Shown here: in pieces, positions 37,116-45,989 of the stretch
Layout: the number at the start of each line of letters is the position of its first letter
Position numbering within the stretch: the first letter of the stretch is position 1
IMG/VR virus record: IMGVR_UViG_3300040733_000024
Span: 1-47,664 of that record
Length of the DNA: 47,664 nucleotides
DNA from: a virus
Taxonomy: Duplodnaviria; Caudoviricetes
Reading direction: 5' to 3' (one strand)
Notes under the pieces: model-generated
The model's input: only the letters and a program-made list of their open reading frames with translations
Told to the model about the DNA's origin: nothing
The model's database searches: none
Made by a program: the position numbers and the translations under genes

Positions 37116-37580
37116 TTACTCCTCATCCCTTTCATACTCGGCCATCTTATCCAGTTCCTTCTGTATCTCGTCGATCTCTGCTTCGATGTCTTCCTGGGTC
37201 CGCTTGTCTTCGAGGGTAGCGTCGACCTTCATTACTTCGTTTAACTTGCCCCTATTCTTTAAAGCGAGTTCGAGAGCCTTTAGTTTGTTCGTGTCGGTTC
37301 TCGCCCCACGAGCCAGCTTACGCAGCATATCGTAAGCCTCCGATAAAAAGTCATCCATAGCCTGATCAGCGATAGCGTTCTTATACGCTATAAAGTCGTC
37401 GTTCCTTTTCCAGCGGTATATCGTGACAGTAGAGACCCCGACCTTCTTCGCGATCTGTTCTATGGTCATTTGGTACACATCCGGGAGAGCTAGTAACTCA
37501 GCAGCCCTACGCTGGGACTCGGTTAGTTTTCGACCCAGGCTCTCTAGTCGGCGGGCCTCGCGACCATTATATGTCTTCAT
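37116..37580 (-). CDS. HTH protein, probable terminase small subunit (phBC6A51-like HTH)
   Basis: LTESQRRAAELL...TIEQIAKKVGVSTVTIYRWK...KALELALK; no other terS candidate next to terL. Confidence 0.65.
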   Translation of the reverse strand: MKTYNGREARRLESLGRKLTESQRRAAELLALPDVYQMTIEQIAKKVGVSTVTIYRWKRNDDFIAYKNAIADQAMDDFLSEAYDMLRKLARGARTDTNKLKALELALKNRGKLNEVMKVDATLEDKRTQEDIEAEIDEIQKELDKMAEYERDEE

Positions 37581-37867
37581 CTTAAAACCTCCTTTAATCG
37601 TAAATCCACCGTAAGCCTTACGGCTCTAGGATTCAAGATACATCCCTAAAGCCTCTGAAAATGTGTTAGAACCCCGAAAATCAGCCACTAAAACGGTAAT
37701 AAAAAGGGGTCATTCTTAACGAAATCCCCCTGTTTTCCCCCTACTTTTACCAATCTTTTCAGACCCCCCGGCGACGGAATGTTTCCCATTTCCGGGGATA
37801 GAATTATAGTAAGTTCTAACGGCAACAGTATGAATACATCTTTATATTATTAGTAAGTATAGTTATT

Positions 37868-38030
37868 AGGGTTATAGTTAGTGTGAGGTTTCTCTAACAT
37901 ATACGTGTGAGGGTTTCCTCACTATTAGCCCTTAACGTGTTAGACTTTCCTCACTATATACGTTAGACTTTCCTCACTATATCCCGTCGACCGCATAAAC
38001 ACCGAATTCTATATGTTAGACTTTCCTCAC
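37868..38030. repeat. Second iteron array: five GTKAG-N6-CTMAC palindromes, homologous to the origin in the rep gene
   Basis: Sites at 37883, 37907, 37939, 37962 and 38015; 37868-37922 aligns with 5701-5755 with few mismatches. Confidence 0.8.
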
Positions 38031-38071
38031 TATTACCCCGTCGACTTTCGACAGTCGCCCTGGTCCGTGTT

Positions 38072-41000
38072 TTATACTACATTCACCGTAACGCTGGCCT
38101 TAATAATCTCTACGTTTTTCGTCGGGTCAGGTAGTCCCTCGGCAGTCAACGGCTGTAAACTTACCGTAAACTGTACTACCTGAGAATAACCCGCGACCTC
38201 CGGGGTCAGCAGAATAAAAACCTTTTTACCGTCAACCGTGGCCCCTCCGGTAGAATAAGTAGTCGCCCCGTCTGAACTCTTATAGGTATAGGTCGCGGAG
38301 GCCACCTCGAAATTCGTCCCGTCCGTGGAACTAAATTCGATCCCTACCTCCTTACTTTCACCCAGACTAAAAGTTTTCATTTCGATCCCATCCTCCACAT
38401 AATTATAGTTAAATTCAAGTTCCACGGCAGCGAACCCATCGTCCGTTTCCGAAACTACATAATGATCGTTAATCTCGCTGACCTCGAACCGTTCGTCAAT
38501 CTCGCTAATTTCGTATCTGTCATCAATCTCGCTGACGTTGTAGTCCGGGGAATGTTTACGGACGTTCCTTAAAATTGCCCGCAGGGTATCGAAAAGACCT
38601 TGGAACCTGATCCGGGTCTTCCGTAGAGTATCAGCTATAACAGTTACCGTCGCCTGTAATTGTCTTTCCGTATCAGCCTTAACCTCGGTTGTAACCTGGA
38701 CTCCGCGAACGGTATCGGCTTTCGGGTTAACCGTAACGACCACTCTACGAAGGGTATCTACCGCGAAAACTGTACTCCCGGTAGTTGACATCCGTCTCAG
38801 GGTATCCGCTGCAAAAGTCAGGGTCTTACGTAAATTCCGCAGGGTATCAACCTTCACCGTTTCGACCCTGTTAACCTTCCGAATCGTGTCGGCCTGTAAC
38901 ATCGCCCTTACTGTCACCCTTCGTAAAGTATCAGCTTTAAACATGATACCGGCCCTTAACTTTCTAACCGTGTCAGCCTTTACCATAACCGTGATAAGAA
39001 GTTTTCGAAGGGTATCGGCCTTAAATATAAGCCCCCGGATAACTTTCCGGTAAGTATCGACCTTCACGGTCTCGACCCGGACGATCTTCCGGTAAGTGTC
39101 CGCTACCACAGCGACATTTTTCCGTAGTTTCCGTAGAGTGTCCGCTACCAGGGTCTCAGCCCGTAAGACCTTTCGGAACGTGTCCGCTGCTACAGCGACA
39201 TTATTCTGTAACCGACGTAAAGTATCGGCCTTTACCGTTTCTACCCTGGTCAGCTTACGGAAGGTATCAGCCTGGACAGTTTCCTCTCGCTGGACTTTAC
39301 GGAGGGTATCGGCCTGGATGGTCTCTGACCGGATCAGGTTACGGATGGTATCGGCCCTAAAGGTTATCGTATTTGACCGGATAACGACCCGGAGAGTATC
39401 GCCCCCGAAAGTTACCGTCCTGGTCAGTTTACGGTAAGTGTCAGCTGCCAGGTTCAGGTTAACCCGTATGTTTCGAGCCGTGTCCCCCTGGAAGGTTATT
39501 GTCTTCCTTACGTTCCTTATCGTATCTCCCGCGAAGGTCAAGTTCTTTCGTAGCTTCCGAACCGTGTCCGCTGTCAGGATTAAGTTAACCCGGACTTTAC
39601 GAACAGTATCAGCCTTAACAGTATTCGTGGCCCGGAGTTTCCTTACTGTGTCAGTCTTAACCGTTTCACCCCGGCGAACCTTACGGAAGGTATCCCCCTT
39701 AATCGCTTCAACCCGGAGAACTTTTCGGAACGTGTCTCCCTTTATGGTCTCGATCCTTCGAACGACCCGGAGGCTGTCAGCCTGGAGGGTTACGTTTCGG
39801 CGAAGTTTCCTTATCGTGTCCGCTAAAAAGTTTACCGTCCTCCGTAGCTTTCGTAGCGTGTCACCCTTTACCGTTTCCTGCCTCTGAACTTTTCGAAAGG
39901 TATCAGCCTTTAATGTCGGGACAGCCTTTCGCAGTTTACGAAGGGTATCGGCTTTAAAAGTATTAGTCCCAGATAATTGTCTTACCGTATCACCTTTAAC
40001 CGTATACGTGGCCTGGAGTGAACGAACGGTATCAGCCGAAAAACTGACCGGAGTCGTCGGAGTATGTGGGGTACATTCGATCACATTAGACGTAGTACCC
40101 ATACAGATATTTCCTGCTGCCATCATAACGTCAACGACTATGAAGCAGTAATTTGTCCCGTTAACGAGACCTGTAATTATTTTCGAAGTATCGGCATAGT
40201 CTGAAGTTTCGACGTAGGTATTATTACCTTTAACCGTAGCAGCGGAAAGACCCGTCCCTGCCATATAATAAACCCTGTGTTTATCCCCGGAGATCAGACC
40301 CCCGGAGTTCGTCCAGTTAACCGTTACCTGAGTATCTCCAGCGGTTGCGGTATTCTGGGTTAAGGTCGGGTAAGTTGTGAAGTCCAGTTTAGGTTTATTC
40401 GCAGCAGTAGAACCATGCATCAGCATAGCAGTATTGAATCCGCTGGCCTCGGATACCCACTTCTGATAGAAAGCTACCCAGCTTCCCAGTTTCATCGCAA
40501 CATCGGCTCGAACGTCTTTAGCGATATACTGGTTAATAGTAGACCCGTAGTTACCTACCATTCTTACTACAGTAGCAGTCCAGTCGACTGTATCTAAAGT
40601 AAGCCAGTCTGATATTTGATACAGAGCTATTGTCTGAGAACCCGCTGCTGTCGGATAAACAGAAAAAGTCCCAGTTCCGATTGTAACCCCAGTATAGGTC
40701 GACAGATCAAATCTGTAGTAAGACCTATAGTAGTTAGTACCATCAGAACCGGCTCTAAAAGGGTTCGAGCCGCCACCATAAACGTATTTAGTTCCAGTAC
40801 CTATATTACTACCTAAATAACCACTCGTAGTTGATGTTGTGTATATGGTCGGGTCGATAATGATCGGGTAAGCTGCTTCCTGGCTGTCCTTATAGGAGAT
40901 ACCGTAAAGGTAATCGCCAGTATCAGAGTATTGGTCGAAGGTCTCCAGAGGTTTTTCGTTAAAGTCATTGGCCTGGACAGCCCCGACCCAGATCGTTTCC

Positions 41001-41605
41001 TGGCCCGTGGCATCCAGGAAAGCCAGCCTTTCAGACTTTCGGGTTCCGTTATTGGATTCGAATTTTACTCCGATCGCGATCCTGGTCGTAGCGGGCTTAT
41101 ACCCCAGCGAAGCGGGATCGGGGAGGGTCTGTTTAAATTCTGGATGAAGGGTTATATTTTCTTTAAGTTCTGTCTCCAGGGAGATGAACTCCAGATCTAC
41201 CCCCTGAAATATACCAGGGTAGGTAATGGTATTACCAGAGACTACCCCGACAGCAGCAGTCGGCGAAGCTATGAGATGTTGATTACCGGAGTCGTAAAGA
41301 TATAAGCCTGTCAGGGTTATACTGACAGCCCCGCCCTGGCCTCGTTGATTTGTAAACCGGATGAACTGCTTATCGTTCGCTAAACTTTTAAACCCGACCG
41401 AGAATTCGTTAGCTTTCGTTACATAGTCATAAATTTTAGGTAAGGACTTCGTATTCTCGATAATGGAGGTATCTATGTCCTGCCAGTCGCCTTTTTCATC
41501 CTGGTAATGGACAGGAGAAATAAAGAGGGAGACGGTCTGTGTTCCGTCTCCGTTATCTACGACTTTCTGGAATTTATCCCGCTTATCTAGAACCTCGGTT
41601 TTCAT
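38072..41605 (-). CDS. 1177-aa multidomain protein: DNRLRE/WapA-like N-terminal region, FN3-like domain, 35 basic 14-aa repeats, acidic repeats, Ig-like C-terminus
   Basis: PVHYQDEKGDWQDID...YPIIIDPT; RSYYRFDLS...KPKL; ITGLVNGTNYCF; (A/G)DTxR(K/R)(L/V) repeated 35 times. Confidence 0.8.
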   Translation of the reverse strand: MKTEVLDKRDKFQKVVDNGDGTQTVSLFISPVHYQDEKGDWQDIDTSIIENTKSLPKIYDYVTKANEFSVGFKSLANDKQFIRFTNQRGQGGAVSITLTGLYLYDSGNQHLIASPTAAVGVVSGNTITYPGIFQGVDLEFISLETELKENITLHPEFKQTLPDPASLGYKPATTRIAIGVKFESNNGTRKSERLAFLDATGQETIWVGAVQANDFNEKPLETFDQYSDTGDYLYGISYKDSQEAAYPIIIDPTIYTTSTTSGYLGSNIGTGTKYVYGGGSNPFRAGSDGTNYYRSYYRFDLSTYTGVTIGTGTFSVYPTAAGSQTIALYQISDWLTLDTVDWTATVVRMVGNYGSTINQYIAKDVRADVAMKLGSWVAFYQKWVSEASGFNTAMLMHGSTAANKPKLDFTTYPTLTQNTATAGDTQVTVNWTNSGGLISGDKHRVYYMAGTGLSAATVKGNNTYVETSDYADTSKIITGLVNGTNYCFIVVDVMMAAGNICMGTTSNVIECTPHTPTTPVSFSADTVRSLQATYTVKGDTVRQLSGTNTFKADTLRKLRKAVPTLKADTFRKVQRQETVKGDTLRKLRRTVNFLADTIRKLRRNVTLQADSLRVVRRIETIKGDTFRKVLRVEAIKGDTFRKVRRGETVKTDTVRKLRATNTVKADTVRKVRVNLILTADTVRKLRKNLTFAGDTIRNVRKTITFQGDTARNIRVNLNLAADTYRKLTRTVTFGGDTLRVVIRSNTITFRADTIRNLIRSETIQADTLRKVQREETVQADTFRKLTRVETVKADTLRRLQNNVAVAADTFRKVLRAETLVADTLRKLRKNVAVVADTYRKIVRVETVKVDTYRKVIRGLIFKADTLRKLLITVMVKADTVRKLRAGIMFKADTLRRVTVRAMLQADTIRKVNRVETVKVDTLRNLRKTLTFAADTLRRMSTTGSTVFAVDTLRRVVVTVNPKADTVRGVQVTTEVKADTERQLQATVTVIADTLRKTRIRFQGLFDTLRAILRNVRKHSPDYNVSEIDDRYEISEIDERFEVSEINDHYVVSETDDGFAAVELEFNYNYVEDGIEMKTFSLGESKEVGIEFSSTDGTNFEVASATYTYKSSDGATTYSTGGATVDGKKVFILLTPEVAGYSQVVQFTVSLQPLTAEGLPDPTKNVEIIKASVTVNVV
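38575..40045 (-). repeat. Degenerate 42-nt coding tandem repeat (35 units)
   Basis: Counted 35 D(T/S)xR cores at a 14-aa period, with occasional 15-16-aa units. Confidence 0.85.
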
Positions 41606-41751
41606 AAGCTACACCCCTCTACAGGGTCATAGTAGATACATTTCCAGGCATACCCCAGAAGGTCTCCTGTTTCAGAGTATATCGCCTCGAAACAGCCACA
41701 GCCGACCTCCCGTTCGAAGGGACACTCTGGCCTTAAAGGAAGGTACGGCAT
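41602..41751 (-). CDS. Small Cys-rich protein, 49 aa (not in the ORF track)
   Basis: MPYLPLRPECPFEREVGCGCFEAIYSETGDLLGYAWKCIYYDPVEGCSL; GGAGGTG RBS; its TGA overlaps the ATG of the large gene (ATGA). Confidence 0.6.
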   Translation of the reverse strand: MPYLPLRPECPFEREVGCGCFEAIYSETGDLLGYAWKCIYYDPVEGCSL

Positions 41752-41763
41752 ATTTTACACCTC

Positions 41764-42189
41764 CTAGAAAGCCTCGATAGTTGCGGTTACTTCCAGGTCT
41801 ACGGAGTTGTCATTCGACGGCCCCTCGTCAGAACTCGAAGAACATTTCGCCCAGAACAGGGTATTAGTATTACCGATCACACTAGAGATCGTCAGGGTCG
41901 CCCCGGCTGCTCCATAAGTTCCAGCAGATCCCGCATTGTCGGGAGCCAGTTGCCATTTTGCAGCGGTAGTCCCGGTAATAGCGATCGTGGTATCTCCGAC
42001 AGTCCGGTTATTTGCGTTTAGGCAGCGGATGGCTAGTTTAATGTCGCTTGATACCTCGTTATTGGTAGCGTTCAAAGTTGCTGAAATGGAAGTCGCTGCA
42101 TCGTTCGTCGGGTCTTCGGAAACACGGGTTCCGTCCGATCCACCGGAGGTAACGGAACCTTTGTAAATTCCCATATAAGCATTAGCCAT
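41764..42189 (-). CDS. Hypothetical Ser/Thr/Gly-rich beta protein, probably structural
   Basis: AGGAGG RBS; composition typical of virion proteins; first gene of the repeat-protein operon. Confidence 0.6.
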   Translation of the reverse strand: MANAYMGIYKGSVTSGGSDGTRVSEDPTNDAATSISATLNATNNEVSSDIKLAIRCLNANNRTVGDTTIAITGTTAAKWQLAPDNAGSAGTYGAAGATLTISSVIGNTNTLFWAKCSSSSDEGPSNDNSVDLEVTATIEAF

Positions 42190-42331
42190 TTACAAAAAGC
42201 CTCCTAAAAATTGAATTAGGGAGAAATTACTCCCCTCATTTAAAGGGGTAGGAAATGGTTAACTATACAAGCTGTTTGTAGACGCGAAAACAAAAAAAAC
42301 TGGCCTTTTACAGCCAGTTCAAGTTTTTAAC

Positions 42332-42556
42332 TTACCTCTTCTTTATGTCTTCGTCTATTCGGGTATTTGCACACTCCAGGCATAGGAACTGTGGATTATG
42401 GATGTCATTCTCGACCCAGGTTTTATTTTCACGGTCCCAGTAAAACACCGGATGGACTATTATTACTTCCGGTCCTTTCGAGGTCTCCGGGGATTCTATG
42501 GCCCCACATTCTCTGCATACTCTTTTCATTTTGTTACTCCTTCCTATTATAGCCAT
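42332..42556 (-). CDS. Small zinc-binding protein
   Basis: CREC...CLEC. Confidence 0.5.
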   Translation of the reverse strand: MAIIGRSNKMKRVCRECGAIESPETSKGPEVIIVHPVFYWDRENKTWVENDIHNPQFLCLECANTRIDEDIKKR

Positions 42557-42801
42557 TTTGCCCTTCGGACGGTTTTTCCGTTAAGTACGTTAACCAGTTG
42601 GCAGCCGTCTTCGTATATACATAAGGCTCTGCTAAAATGCTCTCGGTCCGTGTATAATGCGTACTCATAATCCGAAAACGTGTAAGCCTTTATTCTGGTC
42701 GGGATTCCCCGGTCCGCGAAGTATTTTACTATTTTATTTATCTGTGTTTTATTTTTGATAGCCATAATTTGAAAGCTCATTTCATCGTTATCGCTTTTCA
42801 A
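42547..42801 (-). CDS. Hypothetical protein
   Basis: Overlap-coupled with its neighbours on the same strand. Confidence 0.5.
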   Translation of the reverse strand: MKSDNDEMSFQIMAIKNKTQINKIVKYFADRGIPTRIKAYTFSDYEYALYTDREHFSRALCIYEDGCQLVNVLNGKTVRRAKWL

Positions 42802-43039
42802 TTTTTGACCCCTCCATACCTTGATTCCATATTTCTGCTTTTAATATTTTCAGGATATAGCGTCTAAGGCTACGTAGCTTTTCGTGTTTTACCCCCTCCC
42901 CTTCCCAGCCGAGATAAACTTCGGAGGTACTCGCTTCATCGTCGTCAAGATATAAAAGACTGTTTTCAAGTTCGTAATAAGCGTCGCTGACTTTTTCGAT
43001 GTCCATTAGGATTTTGTTTAACCCTTCTAATTTTGCCAT
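42788..43039 (-). CDS. Hypothetical protein
   Basis: AAAGGGG RBS; first gene of a small operon. Confidence 0.55.
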   Translation of the reverse strand: MAKLEGLNKILMDIEKVSDAYYELENSLLYLDDDEASTSEVYLGWEGEGVKHEKLRSLRRYILKILKAEIWNQGMEGSKIEKR

Positions 43040-43077
43040 TAATGCTGGCCCCTTTCTCTCATTTATGTAATTACTAT

Positions 43078-43155
43078 ATTACGTATTACAGTAACTAGCA
43101 AGCATGAATTACGCATTACAGTAATTTGTTCCTTTGCTATTACGACATTACGCGA
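43078..43155 (+). promoter_or_regulatory. Operator cluster in a divergent intergenic region
   Basis: ATTACGYATTACAGTAA direct repeats at 43078 and 43108, plus TATTACGACATTACGCGA at 43138 (inverted copy of the 21838/28342/44261 motif). Confidence 0.6.
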
Positions 43156-43370
43156 CCTCCATTTTAAACCGAAAAGAATAAACGAAATACCGGGACTGGC
43201 CTAAGCCAGTTACTTTCTTTTTGTCCCTTTCAGACACGAAAACGACACTTTCGCACATAAGGATTACCCCTGTTGAGCGTCAAAATGACCCTTTCACGCA
43301 TAAGGGGTAGATAATAAAACGCATCTCTGCTAAATTAGCGGAGTAAGTTCATTCGAAAGGAGCGGGTATC

Positions 43371-43661
43371 TTGGAAAAGAAGGAAAGGGTTATAACTAAG
43401 AGACAGTTAACCGAAGCTCTCCAGAACTGCTCCGGGGTAACTGAGGCAGCGTCCATAGTCGGATGTAAAAGAAAGAGGTTTTACGATTTAGTAACCTTTC
43501 ATAATTTAGAGATACCGGACGCATGGTCTGGATGGAGTCCAGTACCAAAAGACGATCCCGATTTATATAAACCCGCTAAAGACGCAATGGATATTAAAGG
43601 AACCCTTCTAAAGTCGATGGGGTATGACCTGGAAGGGGAATTATACGCGAGTTCATTTTAA
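43371..43661 (+). CDS. Small HTH (Fis-like) DNA-binding protein
   Basis: LTEALQNCSGVTEAASIVGCKRKRFY; AAGGAG RBS. Confidence 0.55.
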   Translation: MEKKERVITKRQLTEALQNCSGVTEAASIVGCKRKRFYDLVTFHNLEIPDAWSGWSPVPKDDPDLYKPAKDAMDIKGTLLKSMGYDLEGELYASSF

Positions 43662-43672
43662 TACCTTCGCAT

Positions 43673-43711
43673 AAAAAAAGAACCGTAGAGCGGGAAGCCC
43701 TACGGTTTTTC
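43673..43711. terminator. Bidirectional rho-independent terminator
   Basis: A-run, AACCGTAG...CTACGGTT stem and T-run between convergent genes. Confidence 0.75.
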
Positions 43712-43726
43712 TGAACTTATATCGGG

Positions 43727-44131
43727 TTAATAAACCCCTAGCGTACTTATCCATTTAAAACTTTGGATTTCGTCTGGCCCGTAAAATGAGTCATAGTAAC
43801 GACTCACTCCTAACCCCGGCTCTATGGGATCAGATAGGATAAATGTCTGGTCGGATACTTCGTCTCCGTTTTTCGTAACTAAGATTATTTTAACTTTACC
43901 GACAAAAGGGATCGTTCCCTGATTTCTTATATCGAAAAAATACCGAGTAGTCGATTCATTAACAGCCTTTTTATTAACAGCTTTAACTACTATATTTTTA
44001 GGGTCGAAAGACGGGTCCGTTTGGGTCTGGGCAGTTTGTTTACCTTCTGATACTGACTGATCGATTAAGGAACCGATGGCAGCTAATCCGACTAGTAAAA
44101 CGATAACACCGATAACTAATTTTTTTAACAT
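43727..44131 (-). CDS. Membrane-anchored / exported protein next to the integrase (possible superinfection exclusion)
   Basis: N-terminal TM helix; Ig-like IRNQGT...KNGDEV...IEPG domain; divergent from the integrase gene. Confidence 0.55.
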   Translation of the reverse strand: MLKKLVIGVIVLLVGLAAIGSLIDQSVSEGKQTAQTQTDPSFDPKNIVVKAVNKKAVNESTTRYFFDIRNQGTIPFVGKVKIILVTKNGDEVSDQTFILSDPIEPGLGVSRYYDSFYGPDEIQSFKWISTLGVY

Positions 44132-44260
44132 AAAACCTCTCCCCTTATTTTTATAATATAGGTAGACCCTACCTTTCCCCCCTTTTTATGTATTTGCTAG
44201 ATGTCATCTTATGATTCCGTATAATTACATTCAAGAGGTAAAATACGGCAGTATATATAT

Positions 44261-44313
44261 TTACGTAATATCGTAATATCCCCCTTGATTCCTTTGGTCT
44301 TAGTATATATAAT
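44261..44313 (+). promoter_or_regulatory. sigmaA promoter of the integrase with an adjacent operator copy
   Basis: TTGATT (44285-44290), 17-nt spacer, TATAAT (44308-44313); TTACGTAATATCGTAATA at 44261-44278. Confidence 0.65.
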
Positions 44314-44346
44314 TAGCTCATACCAAAATTTTCAGGAGGGTCACTC

Positions 44347-45945
44347 ATGGGTTACAAAGGCGAAAAATACGACATCGAATCTATAATCGGATACCTGAGA
44401 CGTTCCCGGCAGGACTTGGAAAGAGAGCGGAGAACTGGCGAGGATACCCTGGCGACCCAGCGGAAAATCATAAATAAAGTCTTAGACGATTTTGGTATCC
44501 CCTACGATATAGTCGAGGAAATAGGCTCCGGGGATAAAATCGATACCCGGCCCGTTTTCCAGCAAGTTCTCAGATATTTAGAGGAAGGTAAATATAACTC
44601 TGTAGCGGTTAAAGAGGTTGCCCGTCTCGGTCGGGGTAACTATGGGGATATGGGTCGGGTATACGACATTATCATAAATAAAAAGGTTTATGTCGTAACC
44701 CCCTATAAAATTTATGACCCCCAGAACCCCGCTGACCTCCAGCAGATCAGATTCCAGTTATTTTTCGCCCGTGAGGAATACGAGTCGATCCGGGAGAGAA
44801 TGTTATCCTCGAAGCTAAGTTTAGCCTCAGAGGGTCGTTGGGTCGTCGGAGCCACTCCTTACGGGTATATGCTGGACAGGAGAACGACCCGCCTCGTAAT
44901 AGTCCCGGAGGAAGCCGAAGTTGTCAAGTTGATATTCGACTTATACGTCGACGGTCTGGGACAGCCTGACGGCTCATTTAAAGACGTGGCTTTTAAAGCC
45001 ATAGCGACCTACCTTAACACCTTAAACATACCGACCCCCAGGAAAGCCCCGAACGGTTGGACTTACCTCTCAGTACAGCGGATAATAGATAATGTCGCTT
45101 ATATCGGTACTTTCCAGTATAGAACCAGGAAGCGGGTCGGTAATAAATATTACGATCGCCCTGAGTCCGAATGGATAGTCGTCGAGGAAGCTCACGACCC
45201 TATTATCGGTAAGGAACTTTTCGACGCTGCCCAGGAAAGAAGAAAAAGTCGCCACATCCCCAGGACGAAATTAGACTTCTCCCCCTGTGAACTTGCTGGA
45301 CTGGTCGTCTGTAGTCGCTGTGGCAAAAGGATGGTTCGCCAGTACAGTATTCAGCATTACCATAAGAAAGACGGAGGGGAAAGCGTTTATCATAAGGAGT
45401 TTTTGTGGTGTACTAATAACGGCTGCACTTTTGTAAAATATCGGGACGTAGAAGAAGACATTTTAGAGACCCTGGTTAACTTGGGTAAAGCGGACGTTAA
45501 CCAATTAAGGGAATTATATAAACAGAGCATCCTCTCTGGCTTAAAGGCTAACGGGAACGATAAAAATAATCTCCAGGAGACCGCAGACAAAAAGCGGAGA
45601 GAAATAAAAAGGAAAATGGAATTCCTCTTAGAAAAGTATATGGACGGTATCGTCGACGACGACCAGTATAAATCGAAGAACTCCCAGCTTAAAAAGGAAC
45701 TCGACGAGATTAATTCCCTGGTCCCTGACCAGGATAACCTGGAAGTCGTCGATACCCCTAAAATAAATAAGGCGATCCTCGAATTCATAAATAAAGTTAA
45801 CGAAGTCTTAACCGTTTATAAAGCCTCAAAAAATAAGACCGTAAAAAATGAGTTACTGTCCTCGGTTATCGATCATGTAATTTTAACAAAAACAGGAAAA
45901 GGAACTTATGAACTGGACGCAAAGACGAAGATCGGTCTCAGATAG
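44347..45945 (+). CDS. Large serine recombinase (phage integrase, SpoIVCA-like architecture)
   Basis: YLRRS catalytic Ser, RLGR, TPYGY, recombinase domain, LAGLVVCSRCG zinc ribbon and coiled coil; 532 aa. Confidence 0.93.
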   Translation: MGYKGEKYDIESIIGYLRRSRQDLERERRTGEDTLATQRKIINKVLDDFGIPYDIVEEIGSGDKIDTRPVFQQVLRYLEEGKYNSVAVKEVARLGRGNYGDMGRVYDIIINKKVYVVTPYKIYDPQNPADLQQIRFQLFFAREEYESIRERMLSSKLSLASEGRWVVGATPYGYMLDRRTTRLVIVPEEAEVVKLIFDLYVDGLGQPDGSFKDVAFKAIATYLNTLNIPTPRKAPNGWTYLSVQRIIDNVAYIGTFQYRTRKRVGNKYYDRPESEWIVVEEAHDPIIGKELFDAAQERRKSRHIPRTKLDFSPCELAGLVVCSRCGKRMVRQYSIQHYHKKDGGESVYHKEFLWCTNNGCTFVKYRDVEEDILETLVNLGKADVNQLRELYKQSILSGLKANGNDKNNLQETADKKRREIKRKMEFLLEKYMDGIVDDDQYKSKNSQLKKELDEINSLVPDQDNLEVVDTPKINKAILEFINKVNEVLTVYKASKNKTVKNELLSSVIDHVILTKTGKGTYELDAKTKIGLR

Positions 45946-45954
45946 AGCAAGCGG

Positions 45955-45976
45955 AAGCCCCGTATTTACGGGGTTT
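45955..45976 (+). terminator. Hairpin after the integrase (terminator and/or part of the attP arm)
   Basis: AAGCCCCGTA-TT-TACGGGGTTT followed by T-rich sequence. Confidence 0.55.
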
Positions 45977-45989
45977 AATTTTTGGTTTT

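Noticed and set aside
5701-37922. Diversity-generating retroelement TR/VR pair (the two near-identical origin segments)
   Set aside because: The mismatches are not adenine-specific on either strand, no reverse transcriptase is present in the window, and the segment is mid-gene in rep rather than at a variable C-terminus.
37883-38030. Possible mini-CRISPR array from the GTTAGACTTTCCTCACTAT repeats
   Set aside because: The repeats are only 16-19 bp, the period is irregular (24, 32, 23, 53 bp), there are no cas genes, and the motif matches the rep-gene iterons.
39096-39887. Plus-strand ORFs with repeated RxVSA motifs
   Set aside because: These are antisense shadows of the 14-aa repeat region of the 1177-aa gene and have no RBS.
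43240-43661. 43371 gene as a sporulation-controlled RDF with a sigmaK promoter
   Set aside because: The two upstream CATAAGG elements do not fit CATA-NNN-T, and nothing in the sequence identifies the protein as an RDF.
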